This document shows, piece after piece, positions 9,375-18,568 of a DNA stretch of 64,000 bases. The notes under the pieces are model-generated. The model was given only the letters and a program-made list of their open reading frames with translations. It did no database searches and had not been told where the DNA came from. Source of the stretch: an uncultured Acidimicrobiia bacterium (GTDB lineage: Bacteria > Actinomycetota > Acidimicrobiia > Acidimicrobiales > JACDCH01). The position numbers and the translations under genes are program-made. Location: NCBI GenBank assembly GCA_963721305.1, contig CAVRIR010000003.1:600884-664883 (forward strand). Reading direction: 5' to 3'. Position 1 is the first letter of the stretch; the number at the start of each line of letters is the position of its first letter.

Positions 9375-10791
9375 GCTCGAGGTAGTGCTCGAGGCCTTCT
9401 CGACCGAACTCGCGCCCGATGCCCGAACCCTTGAACCCGCCGAACGGCGCGATGAAGTCCATCGTGTACTGGTTGATGCCGTAGGTGCCCGTGCGTACGC
9501 GGCGGGCGATGTCGAGACCCTGATCGACATCAGCCGTCCACACCGATCCGGCGAGGCCGTACTCGGAATCGTTGGCGATGCGCACCGCGTCGCTGACGTC
9601 GTCGAAGGGGATCACCGCGAGCACCGGCCCGAAGATCTCTTCCTGCGCGATGCGCATGCTGTTGTCGACGTTGGCGAACACCGTCGGCTGCACGTACCAG
9701 CCCGTCTCGAGGCCGGGCGGACGACCGTTGCCGCCGACGACGACCTTCGCGCCTTCTTCTTGGCCGACGGCGATGTACTTCTCGACTCGCTCCTGCTGCC
9801 GCTCGGCAACGAGCGGACCGACCTCGGTCGCGGGATCACTCGGATCGCCGACGGCGAGGCCGCCGACCATCGCGCCGAGCGCGTCGACGACCTCGTCGTA
9901 GCGCTTGCGGCTGGCGAGGATGCGGGTCTGCGCGACGCACGCCTGGCCGTTGTTCATGAGCGATGCGAACTTGAGTCCTTCCATGGTGGCGCCGAGGTCG
10001 GCGTCGTCGAGGATGATCGCGGCAGACTTGCCGCCGAGCTCGAGGCTGTAGCGCTTGAGCTGCTCGCCGCAGATGCTGGCGATGCGTCGGCCGGCAGCCG
10101 TCGAACCGGTGAACGCGATCTTGTCGACATCGCCGTGACGCACGAGGTGCTCACCGACCTCACGGCCAGCGGGCACCACGCTCACGACGCCCTTCGGTAC
10201 GCCCGCCTCTTCGAGCAACTCGGCCATGAAGAACGCGTCGAGCGGCGTCTCGGGCGACGGCTTGATCACGATGGCGCAGCCCGCGAGCAGCGCGGGCGCC
10301 AGCTTCGACATGGTCACGAACTGTGGGACGTTCCACGGCACGATCGCCCCGACCACGCCCACGCCTTCGCGGCGGACGATCACGTCGCTACCGAGCACGC
10401 CCGCGCGGCGCTCCTCCCACGGGTACTCCGCCCCGATCTGAAGGAACGTGTTGAGCATCATCCACGGCGCCGGACCCTGCGCCAGCTGCGAGAACGTGAT
10501 GGGGGAGCCCATCTCTTCGGTGATGATCGCGGCCATGTCCATCATGCGAGCGGCGTAGATGTTGCTGAAGTTCTGCACGATCTCGGCCCGCTCGGCCGGC
10601 GCCATGCGCGGCCAGTCGCCGTTGTCGAACACGTCGCGGGCGGCGGCGACGGCGCGATCGATGTCGTCTTCGGTGCCCTCCGGCACGCGGCCCACGAGCT
10701 CTTCGCTGTGGGGTGAGATCACGTCGATGGTGTCGCGGCCTGCCGGCTCGACCCATTCTCCGCCGATGAACAACTTGTCGTACGTGTGCAT
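9343..10791 (-). CDS. aldehyde dehydrogenase family protein
   Basis: 482 aa with ELGGKSAAII and NNGQACVAQTR catalytic motifs. Its 3' end overlaps the gatD 3' end by 32 nt. Confidence 0.9.
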   Translation of the reverse strand: MHTYDKLFIGGEWVEPAGRDTIDVISPHSEELVGRVPEGTEDDIDRAVAAARDVFDNGDWPRMAPAERAEIVQNFSNIYAARMMDMAAIITEEMGSPITFSQLAQGPAPWMMLNTFLQIGAEYPWEERRAGVLGSDVIVRREGVGVVGAIVPWNVPQFVTMSKLAPALLAGCAIVIKPSPETPLDAFFMAELLEEAGVPKGVVSVVPAGREVGEHLVRHGDVDKIAFTGSTAAGRRIASICGEQLKRYSLELGGKSAAIILDDADLGATMEGLKFASLMNNGQACVAQTRILASRKRYDEVVDALGAMVGGLAVGDPSDPATEVGPLVAERQQERVEKYIAVGQEEGAKVVVGGNGRPPGLETGWYVQPTVFANVDNSMRIAQEEIFGPVLAVIPFDDVSDAVRIANDSEYGLAGSVWTADVDQGLDIARRVRTGTYGINQYTMDFIAPFGGFKGSGIGREFGREGLEHYLELKSIVPPAGS

Positions 10792-10922
10792 GCACGGACG
10801 TTAGCCGTGACCTCGCCCGATACGAATGGTCGCCCTGCGAATGTTGGATGGAAACGGGCGCTCTGGCGCCCGTTTCTCCCCGGAGTTCGGGGTGTCAGGG
10901 GCCGAGTATCGTGTCCCGTTCC

Positions 10923-10994
10923 GGCGGCGTGGCCGAGTGGCTTAGGCAAGGGCCTGCAAAGCCCTGTACACCGGTTCGATTCCGGTCGCCGCCT
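10923..10994 (+). tRNA. tRNA-Cys (anticodon GCA)
   Basis: GGCGGCG acceptor pairs with CGCCGCC. Anticodon arm agggc-ctgcaaa-gccct, T arm accgg-ttcgatt-ccggt, discriminator U. Confidence 0.9.
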
Positions 10995-10995
10995 C
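10954..10995 (+). repeat. attL-like 42-bp direct repeat (anticodon loop to 3' end of tRNA-Cys)
   Basis: ctgcaaagccctgtacaccggttcgattccggtcgccgcctc is identical to 22494..22535. Confidence 0.85.
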
Positions 10996-11811
10996 TACCA
11001 GAAGTGCTGGTCAGGGCCATGGAGTCGGCCTCCCAGGCTCGTTTGGCGCGTCAGGGCGCGTTGGATGGCGCGCCAGGTCCGCGCCATGACGTGCTGGGAG
11101 CGAGTCGGCGAAGGAACGCCGGCGAACGGCGACGGACGCAAGCGAACAGACGACGGGCGGTGCGGCCAGGGCTTCTGAGGCTCTGTCCCATCTGATGTCC
11201 ACCGGCAACTCGGCAAGGACCGGCGTCCGCACCAAGTGTCCACATGAGCCGGTCTCTGGCGCGTTGCTAGCTCGGTGTTGGCGATGTCGTTCCGGCGCGG
11301 GTGAATGAACGCGATGTGCGTCGGGAGCGCCAGTTGGGAGATGGTCCGTGGATGAGCGATACCGAGTAATTGGGCAGCCGTCGGCGCCAGGGGATGCGAG
11401 AAGAAGCGACACGCACCGGATGTCTCTGATCCGGCGTTCCATGGACGCGTTCAGTGCTCTCGGCGGGCTGAACATTCGGGGGCAGTCTGTGGACGATCGA
11501 TACCGAGCGGATCGCGACGTCGCGAATTCGTCCGTCAAGCGAGATGTATCGGCACATCCCGGTCGCCCGGATTGCAGCATGCGGCTGAACAGATCGGCAG
11601 CTATGTGCGGGACGCACCGCGCATCTCCACTCCACACACACAGCTCTGACGACGAGCCGGGGCCGTCGCCTGCCGCCACCATGCGCTCCCACCTAAACCC
11701 CATGGACACCGGCGTCCTCGACCGGGCGGCCGACTGGCTCGACGACTGCTCAATCCCGACCCGCACGCCGAACGGCAGAAGGACAGAGGCCGCCACGGCC
11801 TTCTCGACGAG

Positions 11812-12114
11812 CTAGCCCTCGATCAGCCACGCCATCGCGGGAATCACCAGCAGCCCCATGCCGATCTGGAACACCTTCCACGAGAAGCTCGCGGTCCGTT
11901 CAGACCAGCCAGCGTGTCGCGTGGCACTAGTCCAAGTATCGGTGTTGATCGACGGGCCCTGGCACATGAACGCGGCGAAGACAACTCCACCAAGTCCGAT
12001 TGCCAGGATCGCAGGGACCACCGTGCCCAGCGCAGCGAGCACCAGAAAGACGTGCACCGACGCCAACCCAATGAACGCCGTGCCGATCACCGCGCGTCCT
12101 CGGAGCCTGCTCAC
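11812..12114 (-). CDS. small three-TM membrane protein, hypothetical
   Basis: GTG 12114; VSRLRGRAVIGTAFIGLASVHVFLVLAALGTVVPAILAIGLGGVVFAAFM...VFQIGMGLLVIPAMAWLIEG. This is the C-terminal part of the 11812..12654 ORF. Confidence 0.4.
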   Translation of the reverse strand: MSRLRGRAVIGTAFIGLASVHVFLVLAALGTVVPAILAIGLGGVVFAAFMCQGPSINTDTWTSATRHAGWSERTASFSWKVFQIGMGLLVIPAMAWLIEG

Positions 12115-12226
12115 GTCGGTCGCATGCTGCCCGTTCTGGAGCGCCGTCGCACAGCGGAGGGATTGCTGGATGCGAGCGGCGGGAAGGGCACTTCTGCGCT
12201 GTGGAGGACAACAGCCAGTATGAGGT

Positions 12227-13040
12227 GTGGACCAGGACGCAGCGGTTGTCGAGATCGTCGAGTGGGCGAAGGGTGACGACAACATTCGGGCCGTAGTTCT
12301 CACGGGTTCCGGAGCGCGGGGCTCGGTCGGCGCTGATCCGCTTTCGGACGTCGATGTCGAGCTGTATGTCCGGGACCCGTCGATGCTGCTGGAGCGCGAC
12401 GGGTGGCACCGACGATTCGGACAGATCCTGGCGACTGAGTCGCTTCCGAACCAGGGTTGGAACCCGACCCGACTGCTGTACCTCGTGGACGGCAAGATCG
12501 ACTTCACCATCGTGAACGTCGATGAGGCGCATCGGGTAGTCCCCGACCGCGTGTTCCGGGTGCTGCTCGACCGCGACGGCATCGCGGAAACCATGAGTGT
12601 TGATCCGACGCGTCTGCGGCCTCCCGATCCGGGCGAGGTCTCGGAGTGCTGCAACTGGTTCTATGCCGCGGCACTGATGGAGGCGAAGCTCCTGGTCCGC
12701 GGCCAACTGTGGCAGGCGAAGTTCCGCGAGTGGGATCTGCTGCGCCAGCTCTTGCGCATGGTCGAGTGGGACCATCGAGCACGCTATGGATGGGACTACG
12801 ACACTTGGTACAACGGCAAGAACATCGACCGGTGGGCCGACGCCGATGTCCTGTCGGCAGCCCATGCATGTTGGTCGGCCCTTGAGCATGCGGACATGCA
12901 GCGAGCGTTACGAGCAATCGGTCGTTCTGTTCAGCACGCTCGAGCCACGAACTGCGAACAGCATCGGAGTTGACCCGTTCGGCCACGAAACCGTCGCAGC
13001 CGAACTCGAACGGCTGCTCGCACTCGACGGGCCGCAGTAA
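12227..13040 (+). pseudogene. aminoglycoside 6-nucleotidyltransferase (ANT(6)/AadK)-like protein, frame change near 12900
   Basis: N-terminus VVEIVEWAKGDDNIRAVVLTGSGARG...DVDVELYV resembles the ANT(6) family. The C-terminal helix region (YEQSVVLFSTLEPRTANSIGVDPFGHETVAAELERLLAL) continues in the 12786..13040 frame. Confidence 0.6.
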
Positions 13041-13140
13041 CACGCCGGGCGGGATCGGCACGTTCCGGACGGGTTGCGGCCCCGCAGACCAGCACGATCG
13101 ACGAGCACAGACATCACGCGCCTATCGCAGTTCTGGCGCG

Positions 13141-13536
13141 TCATTGATTGCTGTCCAGGGCGCCCTCCGCCGTCAACGCGTGGTGAGCGGCTAGAAACGC
13201 CTGACGGCCAGCCGGGGTGCCGCAATAGACCGTTGCGTGAGCAAGCGTGTCCTGTATCTGGGCCACGGTGACCCCGCTCCTCAACGCGCCCTTCACGTAG
13301 ATGCCGAGTTCATCGAAGCGACCCAGCGCGGTGAGAATGCCGAGATTCAGGATGCTTCGGGTCCGATGATCGAGACCCGTGTTGCTCCACGCTGACCCCC
13401 AGGCCCACTCCGTGACGATCCGTTGGAACGCCATCATGAAGTCGTCGGATTCGGCGAGACTGGTGTCGACGTACGCCGCGCCGAGCACTTCGCGGCGCAC
13501 TTGGAGACCCTTTTCGAACAACTCGCTCTCCGCCAC
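13141..13536 (-). CDS. carboxymuconolactone decarboxylase family protein
   Basis: GTG 13536 preceded by gagaggag. ELFEKGLQVRREVLG...LDHRTRSILNLGILTALGR...VYCGTPAG. The long N-terminal extension of the 13141..14070 ORF is rejected. Confidence 0.75.
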   Translation of the reverse strand: MAESELFEKGLQVRREVLGAAYVDTSLAESDDFMMAFQRIVTEWAWGSAWSNTGLDHRTRSILNLGILTALGRFDELGIYVKGALRSGVTVAQIQDTLAHATVYCGTPAGRQAFLAAHHALTAEGALDSNQ

Positions 13537-14135
13537 TGATCGGCTCCTCTCACGATCGCCGCAACACGTGGGTGTGATCAGCCGGCGATGCGCCGGCTGT
13601 CGCGGGTGACGCGATTGGCCGCGCCAGATTGCCCGTTCTGGAGCATGCCCGCACCCACCCTCCAATGCCGGGCCCAGCGAGCGCGATATCGGCATGTCTG
13701 AAGCAGTGGAAGTTGTCAAGAGAATGTTGCGCGTGTCGGCCGCTGTTGCAGCGTTGTTGGCCGTCGTGACGTGACGCGGGACGCGCGAGGTGAGCGCGCG
13801 GGCACGCGGTGGGAGGGCGGTCAAGGCCGGCCGACAGGCCGCCCTCTGGGGGAGCCTTGACGGCCCGGTCGTTACCGGGTTCGAGAATGTGGTGCCAAGC
13901 CGGTCACGGCTTGGCGGTGGCGTCGTCGAAGACGCGTTGCGCTGCTGTCTCCAGTTCCCCACGGGGTGTGGGGGGCAAGCAGACCGGGCTCGGTTGCTTG
14001 GACATGTCTTCGCCGGTCCCCGAGATCGGGGCCGAGCATGGAGCGGTGCGGCGCAGCCAGCAGTGCTCAATCACATATTGACGACCGCGAAGGTCATGCC
14101 GATACACGAGCCGGTCTGCTGGCTGCGTCCGAGCG

Positions 14136-15149
14136 TCACCCTGTCTCGACTGTCGCGAGGCAGCGGATCTCGCCGTCGCGTAGGCCGTAGTAGACGAGGG
14201 TGAGAAGTTTGCGGGCCGCGGCGACGCGGGCGATGTTGCGTCCTCGCCGCTCGGCGATGCGCCGATAGTCGTTCTTGATCTTGTCGTGGCCGTGGTTCTT
14301 GGACACCGCTTCGACCGCCGCCCACCGCAACAGCCGCGACCCTTGTTTCGTGATCGACCCGCGGCGGATCTTGGTGTCCGACTCCCGATGCGTGGGGGTC
14401 ATCCCTGCCCACGAACACAACCGGTGCGGCGAGTCGAACCTGGTGATGTCGCCGATCTCGGCCACGAACACCGCGGCCAACACCGGACCGACACCGTGCA
14501 ATGCTTGCACGGCGCGGTAGCCGGCGTGCCCGTCGAGCCGTGACGCGATCGTGCGGTCCAGACCGGTGATCTCGGTCGTGTAGATGCCGATGAGCCGACG
14601 CAGCGACTCCAGTCGACAGGCGTAACCGGCGGGCAGCTCGAGCGCGTCGAGCTGGGCGGTGCCACCGGGACCGAACATGTCCACCCGCGCTGGCAGCACG
14701 CCGTGTTTGCCCATCACCGCATGGACCTGCGCTTTGAGCGCGGACCGCAACCGCATCAGCTTGTGGCGATAACGGACCAGCTCCCGCAGCTCCCGCAGCT
14801 CCGGCGGGGCGATCCACGCCTCGGCCAGCCGACCCAGGCGCAACAGATCGACCAGATCATTGGCGTCACGTTCGTCGTTCTTCACCCGCCGCTTGCCCCA
14901 GTCGTTGCCCAACGGGTGCGCCAGATGCACGTGCGCGCCCATGTCGCGCAGCAAGTCGACCGCCCAGTACCACCCGAACGTGGCCTCCACGACCACCTCC
15001 GGCTCCGGACCGGCGGCCGCCACCGCCGTCGCCAACGCCAACGGGTCGTTGTCGATATGCACCTTCGACAACAACTCGCCCGCCGCGTTCTTGCGCACGA
15101 TCACCGACCGGCGGCGATGCAGATCGATACCGACATACTCTCGTTCCAC
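14136..15149 (-). CDS. IS110 family transposase
   Basis: YVGIDLHRRRSV (DEDD N-domain)...ERDANDL...LHGVGPVLAAVFVAEIGDITRF...ESDTKIRRGSITKQGSRLLRWA. GTG 15149 preceded by gaaagaagg. Confidence 0.9.
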   Translation of the reverse strand: MEREYVGIDLHRRRSVIVRKNAAGELLSKVHIDNDPLALATAVAAAGPEPEVVVEATFGWYWAVDLLRDMGAHVHLAHPLGNDWGKRRVKNDERDANDLVDLLRLGRLAEAWIAPPELRELRELVRYRHKLMRLRSALKAQVHAVMGKHGVLPARVDMFGPGGTAQLDALELPAGYACRLESLRRLIGIYTTEITGLDRTIASRLDGHAGYRAVQALHGVGPVLAAVFVAEIGDITRFDSPHRLCSWAGMTPTHRESDTKIRRGSITKQGSRLLRWAAVEAVSKNHGHDKIKNDYRRIAERRGRNIARVAAARKLLTLVYYGLRDGEIRCLATVETG

Positions 15150-15421
15150 AGGGACCTTCTTTCGTCGTGAGGGTGTTGCTTTGGCGAGCTCGAGTGTTGT
15201 TCCACTCGACCCCACACGACGAGAGGAGGCCCTCTTCGCGGTCGTCATCGTCGGACTCCCACACCTCGGCGCCGCCCGACCCCACGTCAAGCCGTCACGC
15301 AAGCAGCGGCAACTGCTTCATCGCGATCACATCCAGGTCGCCTGGACGAGCGAGGCTGCGCGTTACTTGGGTTGGTCCGAGGTGCGCGGTCAAGCTCTGG
15401 CAGATTCGTCGGAGGCGGTCT

Positions 15422-16039
15422 CTATTGCGATACCGCGGTTCCGAGGGAGTCGGCTCCCTCGAACTTCGGGGAGCCCTTTTCATAGAAGACGTCAACTTCG
15501 GCAATGTCAAAGCCCGCCTCCGTCAGCAGATCAACGATCGGACGGGTGAGATGGCATCCGCCGAGCATCCGCTTTTGGAGGGGCTCGACGCGTCGTTGCC
15601 AGTGGCGGACGCGCACGTCCGGTGCCAGTCCGTGTTCGAGGAAGTGCAGGGTTCCTCCTGGCTTGAGGACGCGTCGCACTTCACGCAAAGCCGCGGCGAC
15701 GTCGGGGATCGTGCACAGTGTCCACGTCGACAAGGCGGCGTCGTAGCTGTCGTCGTCGAACGGCAACGACTGACCGTCGAGGCCAGACCGCTCGACGGGA
15801 ACCTTCGTCGCCCGCACGCGGTCGTCGGCCAGCTTCCACGCAAGGTCGGCCGGCTCGACCGCGGCAACACGAGTGACGGCGTCGGGATAGAACGGGACGT
15901 TGAGTCCCGAGCCGAAACCGATCTCGACGACATCGCCCGCCAGACCTTCACACGCCCGGCGTCGCAACGGCGCAAGTGTCTTCATGCCGCCCGCGACGTT
16001 CATGAACCGAGGCAGGATCCGATCACCGTACAGACCCAT
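15422..16039 (-). CDS. class I SAM-dependent methyltransferase
   Basis: VVEIGFGSGLN motif I and LKPGGTLHFLEH. Confidence 0.85.
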   Translation of the reverse strand: MGLYGDRILPRFMNVAGGMKTLAPLRRRACEGLAGDVVEIGFGSGLNVPFYPDAVTRVAAVEPADLAWKLADDRVRATKVPVERSGLDGQSLPFDDDSYDAALSTWTLCTIPDVAAALREVRRVLKPGGTLHFLEHGLAPDVRVRHWQRRVEPLQKRMLGGCHLTRPIVDLLTEAGFDIAEVDVFYEKGSPKFEGADSLGTAVSQ

Positions 16040-16251
16040 GACGGCCTCCCCTCTCGCCGGGCAGCGTCACACATCTGCGACGATGCCACAAGGGATCACT
16101 ACCGCCGTCCTAGCGGTAGCGCGGGATAGCCGGATCACGCGCGACCGCTCGCCAACACGCAACCATCCGGGAACGCTCATCGGAACATTTCCGGATGGGT
16201 CGCGGCACCGGGCCACCCATCCGGGTTCGGCACGTATGCGCTGTGCGTGGG

Positions 16252-16656
16252 CTACGACCGTTGGGTCAGTTCGACGACATTGCCGTCCGGATCTCGATAT
16301 CGAGCTGACCGTCCCCACGGCTGCGAGTGTGGGGCGTGGAGGACCTCGGCTCCGGCCCCCACCGCACGGGCGTGAGCGGCATCGAGATCATCGACGTCGA
16401 ATCCGATCTGTGACCTACGGGTCACCGAGCCGTCCTTGGACGCGTAGAGCGCGAAGTGAATGAAGGCGCCCTCGGTCCACGACGTCGCGGCATGTCGCCC
16501 GCTGGTCCATCGATCGTTGCCATTGTGATCGCCCACGTGGAGGTCAAGACCGAACGTGTCGCGATACAGAGCTAGCGATCGGTCAAGGTCGCCGACCTCG
16601 AAGACAACGGCGACGAGTCGACAGTGTTCAGTCACGTCGACATCCTGCCGCGCCAC
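16252..16656 (-). CDS. VOC (glyoxalase/bleomycin-resistance fold) family protein
   Basis: 134 aa; VFEVGDLDRSLALYRDTFGL...RYRDPDGNVVEL. Confidence 0.8.
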   Translation of the reverse strand: MARQDVDVTEHCRLVAVVFEVGDLDRSLALYRDTFGLDLHVGDHNGNDRWTSGRHAATSWTEGAFIHFALYASKDGSVTRRSQIGFDVDDLDAAHARAVGAGAEVLHAPHSQPWGRSARYRDPDGNVVELTQRS

Positions 16657-16687
16657 AACGGCGGAAGCGGCACGTACCGGATGTCGT

Positions 16688-17514
16688 TCAATCGGCGACT
16701 GCGAAGGCGTAGGCGGCGCCGTTCAGCTTCCCGATCATGCGGTAGACGTGCCAGAGACAGTCACCGAGCATGATGCGGTAGTTCGTGACGCCGAACTCGT
16801 CGATGTACCGCTGCGGGTCGCGAAGAAGGCGCGCTGCATGGATCAGCCGGCGGCCTCCGGCACCGTCGCGTTCTTGGCGGTACTCGCCCCACTCGCTGCC
16901 GTAGTCAGTCGAGCCGACGACGGCGAAGCCGGCACCAGCGGCCGCGGTTCGAGATCCGCCGCTCGGACACTGTTCGCGCCGGCGCCCTCGCGCCAGAACA
17001 AGGCAGCTTCCCCGTCTGTCATCCGCTGCCCGGTCAACACCTGCACGACGTAGACCGTGCCGCCGGTCGTGAGGACCCGTCGGAACTCGTGGAACGCTGC
17101 GTCGAGGTCGGCGTACATCAGGCACTCCTTCGCCCACACCAGGTCCACAGAACCTCTCGGCAGCGGTAGCTGCTGCGCCGTTCCGCGTACGAAGGACACG
17201 GACGACGTCAACCCTGCAGACTCGGCGGCTCGGCGTCCAAGCTCGAGGTGACGCTCCACCGGATCGACACCGTGCGCCCGAAGCTGATAGCGGCGAGCGA
17301 GTTCGACCGTGTCGTCGCCTTCGCCGCAGCCCACGTCGACCGCGGAGGCTCCTCGGTGAGGGACCAGCCGCTCGAAGTCGGCCCACAGGCTGTGCGGACC
17401 GCGCGGGTTCAACGACTCGTCGAGCCTCTCCTGGAACCGCTCCTCGATCCGCGGAAAGTCGTCATACGAGTCATCGAGCGAAACTCCGTCGGCCACGCTG
17501 CGACTATGGCCCAC
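16688..17514 (-). pseudogene. class I SAM-dependent methyltransferase, frame change near 16935
   Basis: The 16843..17514 frame has VDVGCGEGDD...GGTVYVV. The conserved-looking tail (STDYGSEWGEYRQERDG...YRIMLGDCLWHVYRMIGKLNG) lies in the 16688 frame. Confidence 0.65.
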
Positions 17515-17584
17515 ATCACACGTTCACGTACGGGATCGGCTTCATTTCCCGGTCGCTCAGATCTGGCCCCTGCGGCGTGCGTCG

Positions 17585-18379
17585 CTAGGCGTGGCGGCCC
17601 CATGCTTGGACCATCCTCGGGCCGGCCACGAGCGTGGTCGGGTCGTCAGTGAGTGCTTGTAGCTCTTTGTGCGCAGCGTCGTATTCGTCGGCTCTCGTTA
17701 CGCCCGCGGCGAGGACGGCCGCCCTGATCTTGCCCATTGACATCTGCTGAAGCTGTTTGTGGGGGCCATCCAGATACGCAGCTTGGGCGACACGTACTCC
17801 CACGCCCACCAATCCCGCCTCGCGCAACAAGGCCGGAAGGCGAGGACCGATGTCGTTGTCGCCGCCGTTGCGGCGAACGGTCTCGCGGAACCACTCGACC
17901 CAGTGGTCATACGCGGGGCAAGCCGGTTCGGTAAAGCAACCCCCGAAATGCACGTCCTCCACGATGACCACGCCGCCCGACCGCACCGCATCCGCCATGG
18001 CCCCCACAACAGCCGCGGGATCGCGCAAATGCGAAAGCAGCATCCGCGCGAACGCAAGATCCAACCCCGAATCGACGAAGTCCTCCACCGGGCCAACCCG
18101 GAACGTCACGTTGTTCAACCCACGGGCGGCTGCCTCCTGGCGAGCTGCTCCTAGCAGGGCATCGTCAAGATCAACCCCTGTGACATGACCAGACGGCCCG
18201 ACACGTCGCGCCAGCTCCATCGTGACGTGGCCGCCGCCGCATCCCAGATCAACGCAGCGTCCCCCCGGCGCGACACCGACCATGTCGAGAACGACGAGCG
18301 TCGCAGGGGCGTGCACAGCCGCCAACAAGTCCATTCGCTCACGAACGCCCAATCCTCGTTCAATCGTGTAGTCGGCCAC
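17585..18379 (-). CDS. class I SAM-dependent methyltransferase
   Basis: GTG 18379 preceded by ggagggg. CVDLGCGGGHVTMELA...VRSGGVVIVEDV. Confidence 0.8.
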   Translation of the reverse strand: MADYTIERGLGVRERMDLLAAVHAPATLVVLDMVGVAPGGRCVDLGCGGGHVTMELARRVGPSGHVTGVDLDDALLGAARQEAAARGLNNVTFRVGPVEDFVDSGLDLAFARMLLSHLRDPAAVVGAMADAVRSGGVVIVEDVHFGGCFTEPACPAYDHWVEWFRETVRRNGGDNDIGPRLPALLREAGLVGVGVRVAQAAYLDGPHKQLQQMSMGKIRAAVLAAGVTRADEYDAAHKELQALTDDPTTLVAGPRMVQAWGRHA

Positions 18380-18568
18380 AGACCCCTCCGGGCTCACACA
18401 CACTCCAGGCACCACTCGCAAGACACATCGCCTCACTCGGGCGTCCAGCACTCATAATGCCGGTTCCTTCGCTCGCGTGCTGAGGCAGGAACCACGCGGT
18501 AACGCTCGGAGCCCGGCGTTTGGGGTCAGGGGATCGTCTGCCGAAGCCGGGCGTGGTAGCGCGATGGT

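Noticed and set aside
13537-14135. Short ORFs (26 to 67 aa) between the CMD gene and IS110, and the N-terminal extension of the 13141..14070 ORF
   Set aside because: No RBS, no motifs and inconsistent frames. This is possibly debris of a gene disrupted by the IS110 insertion, but that is not demonstrable.
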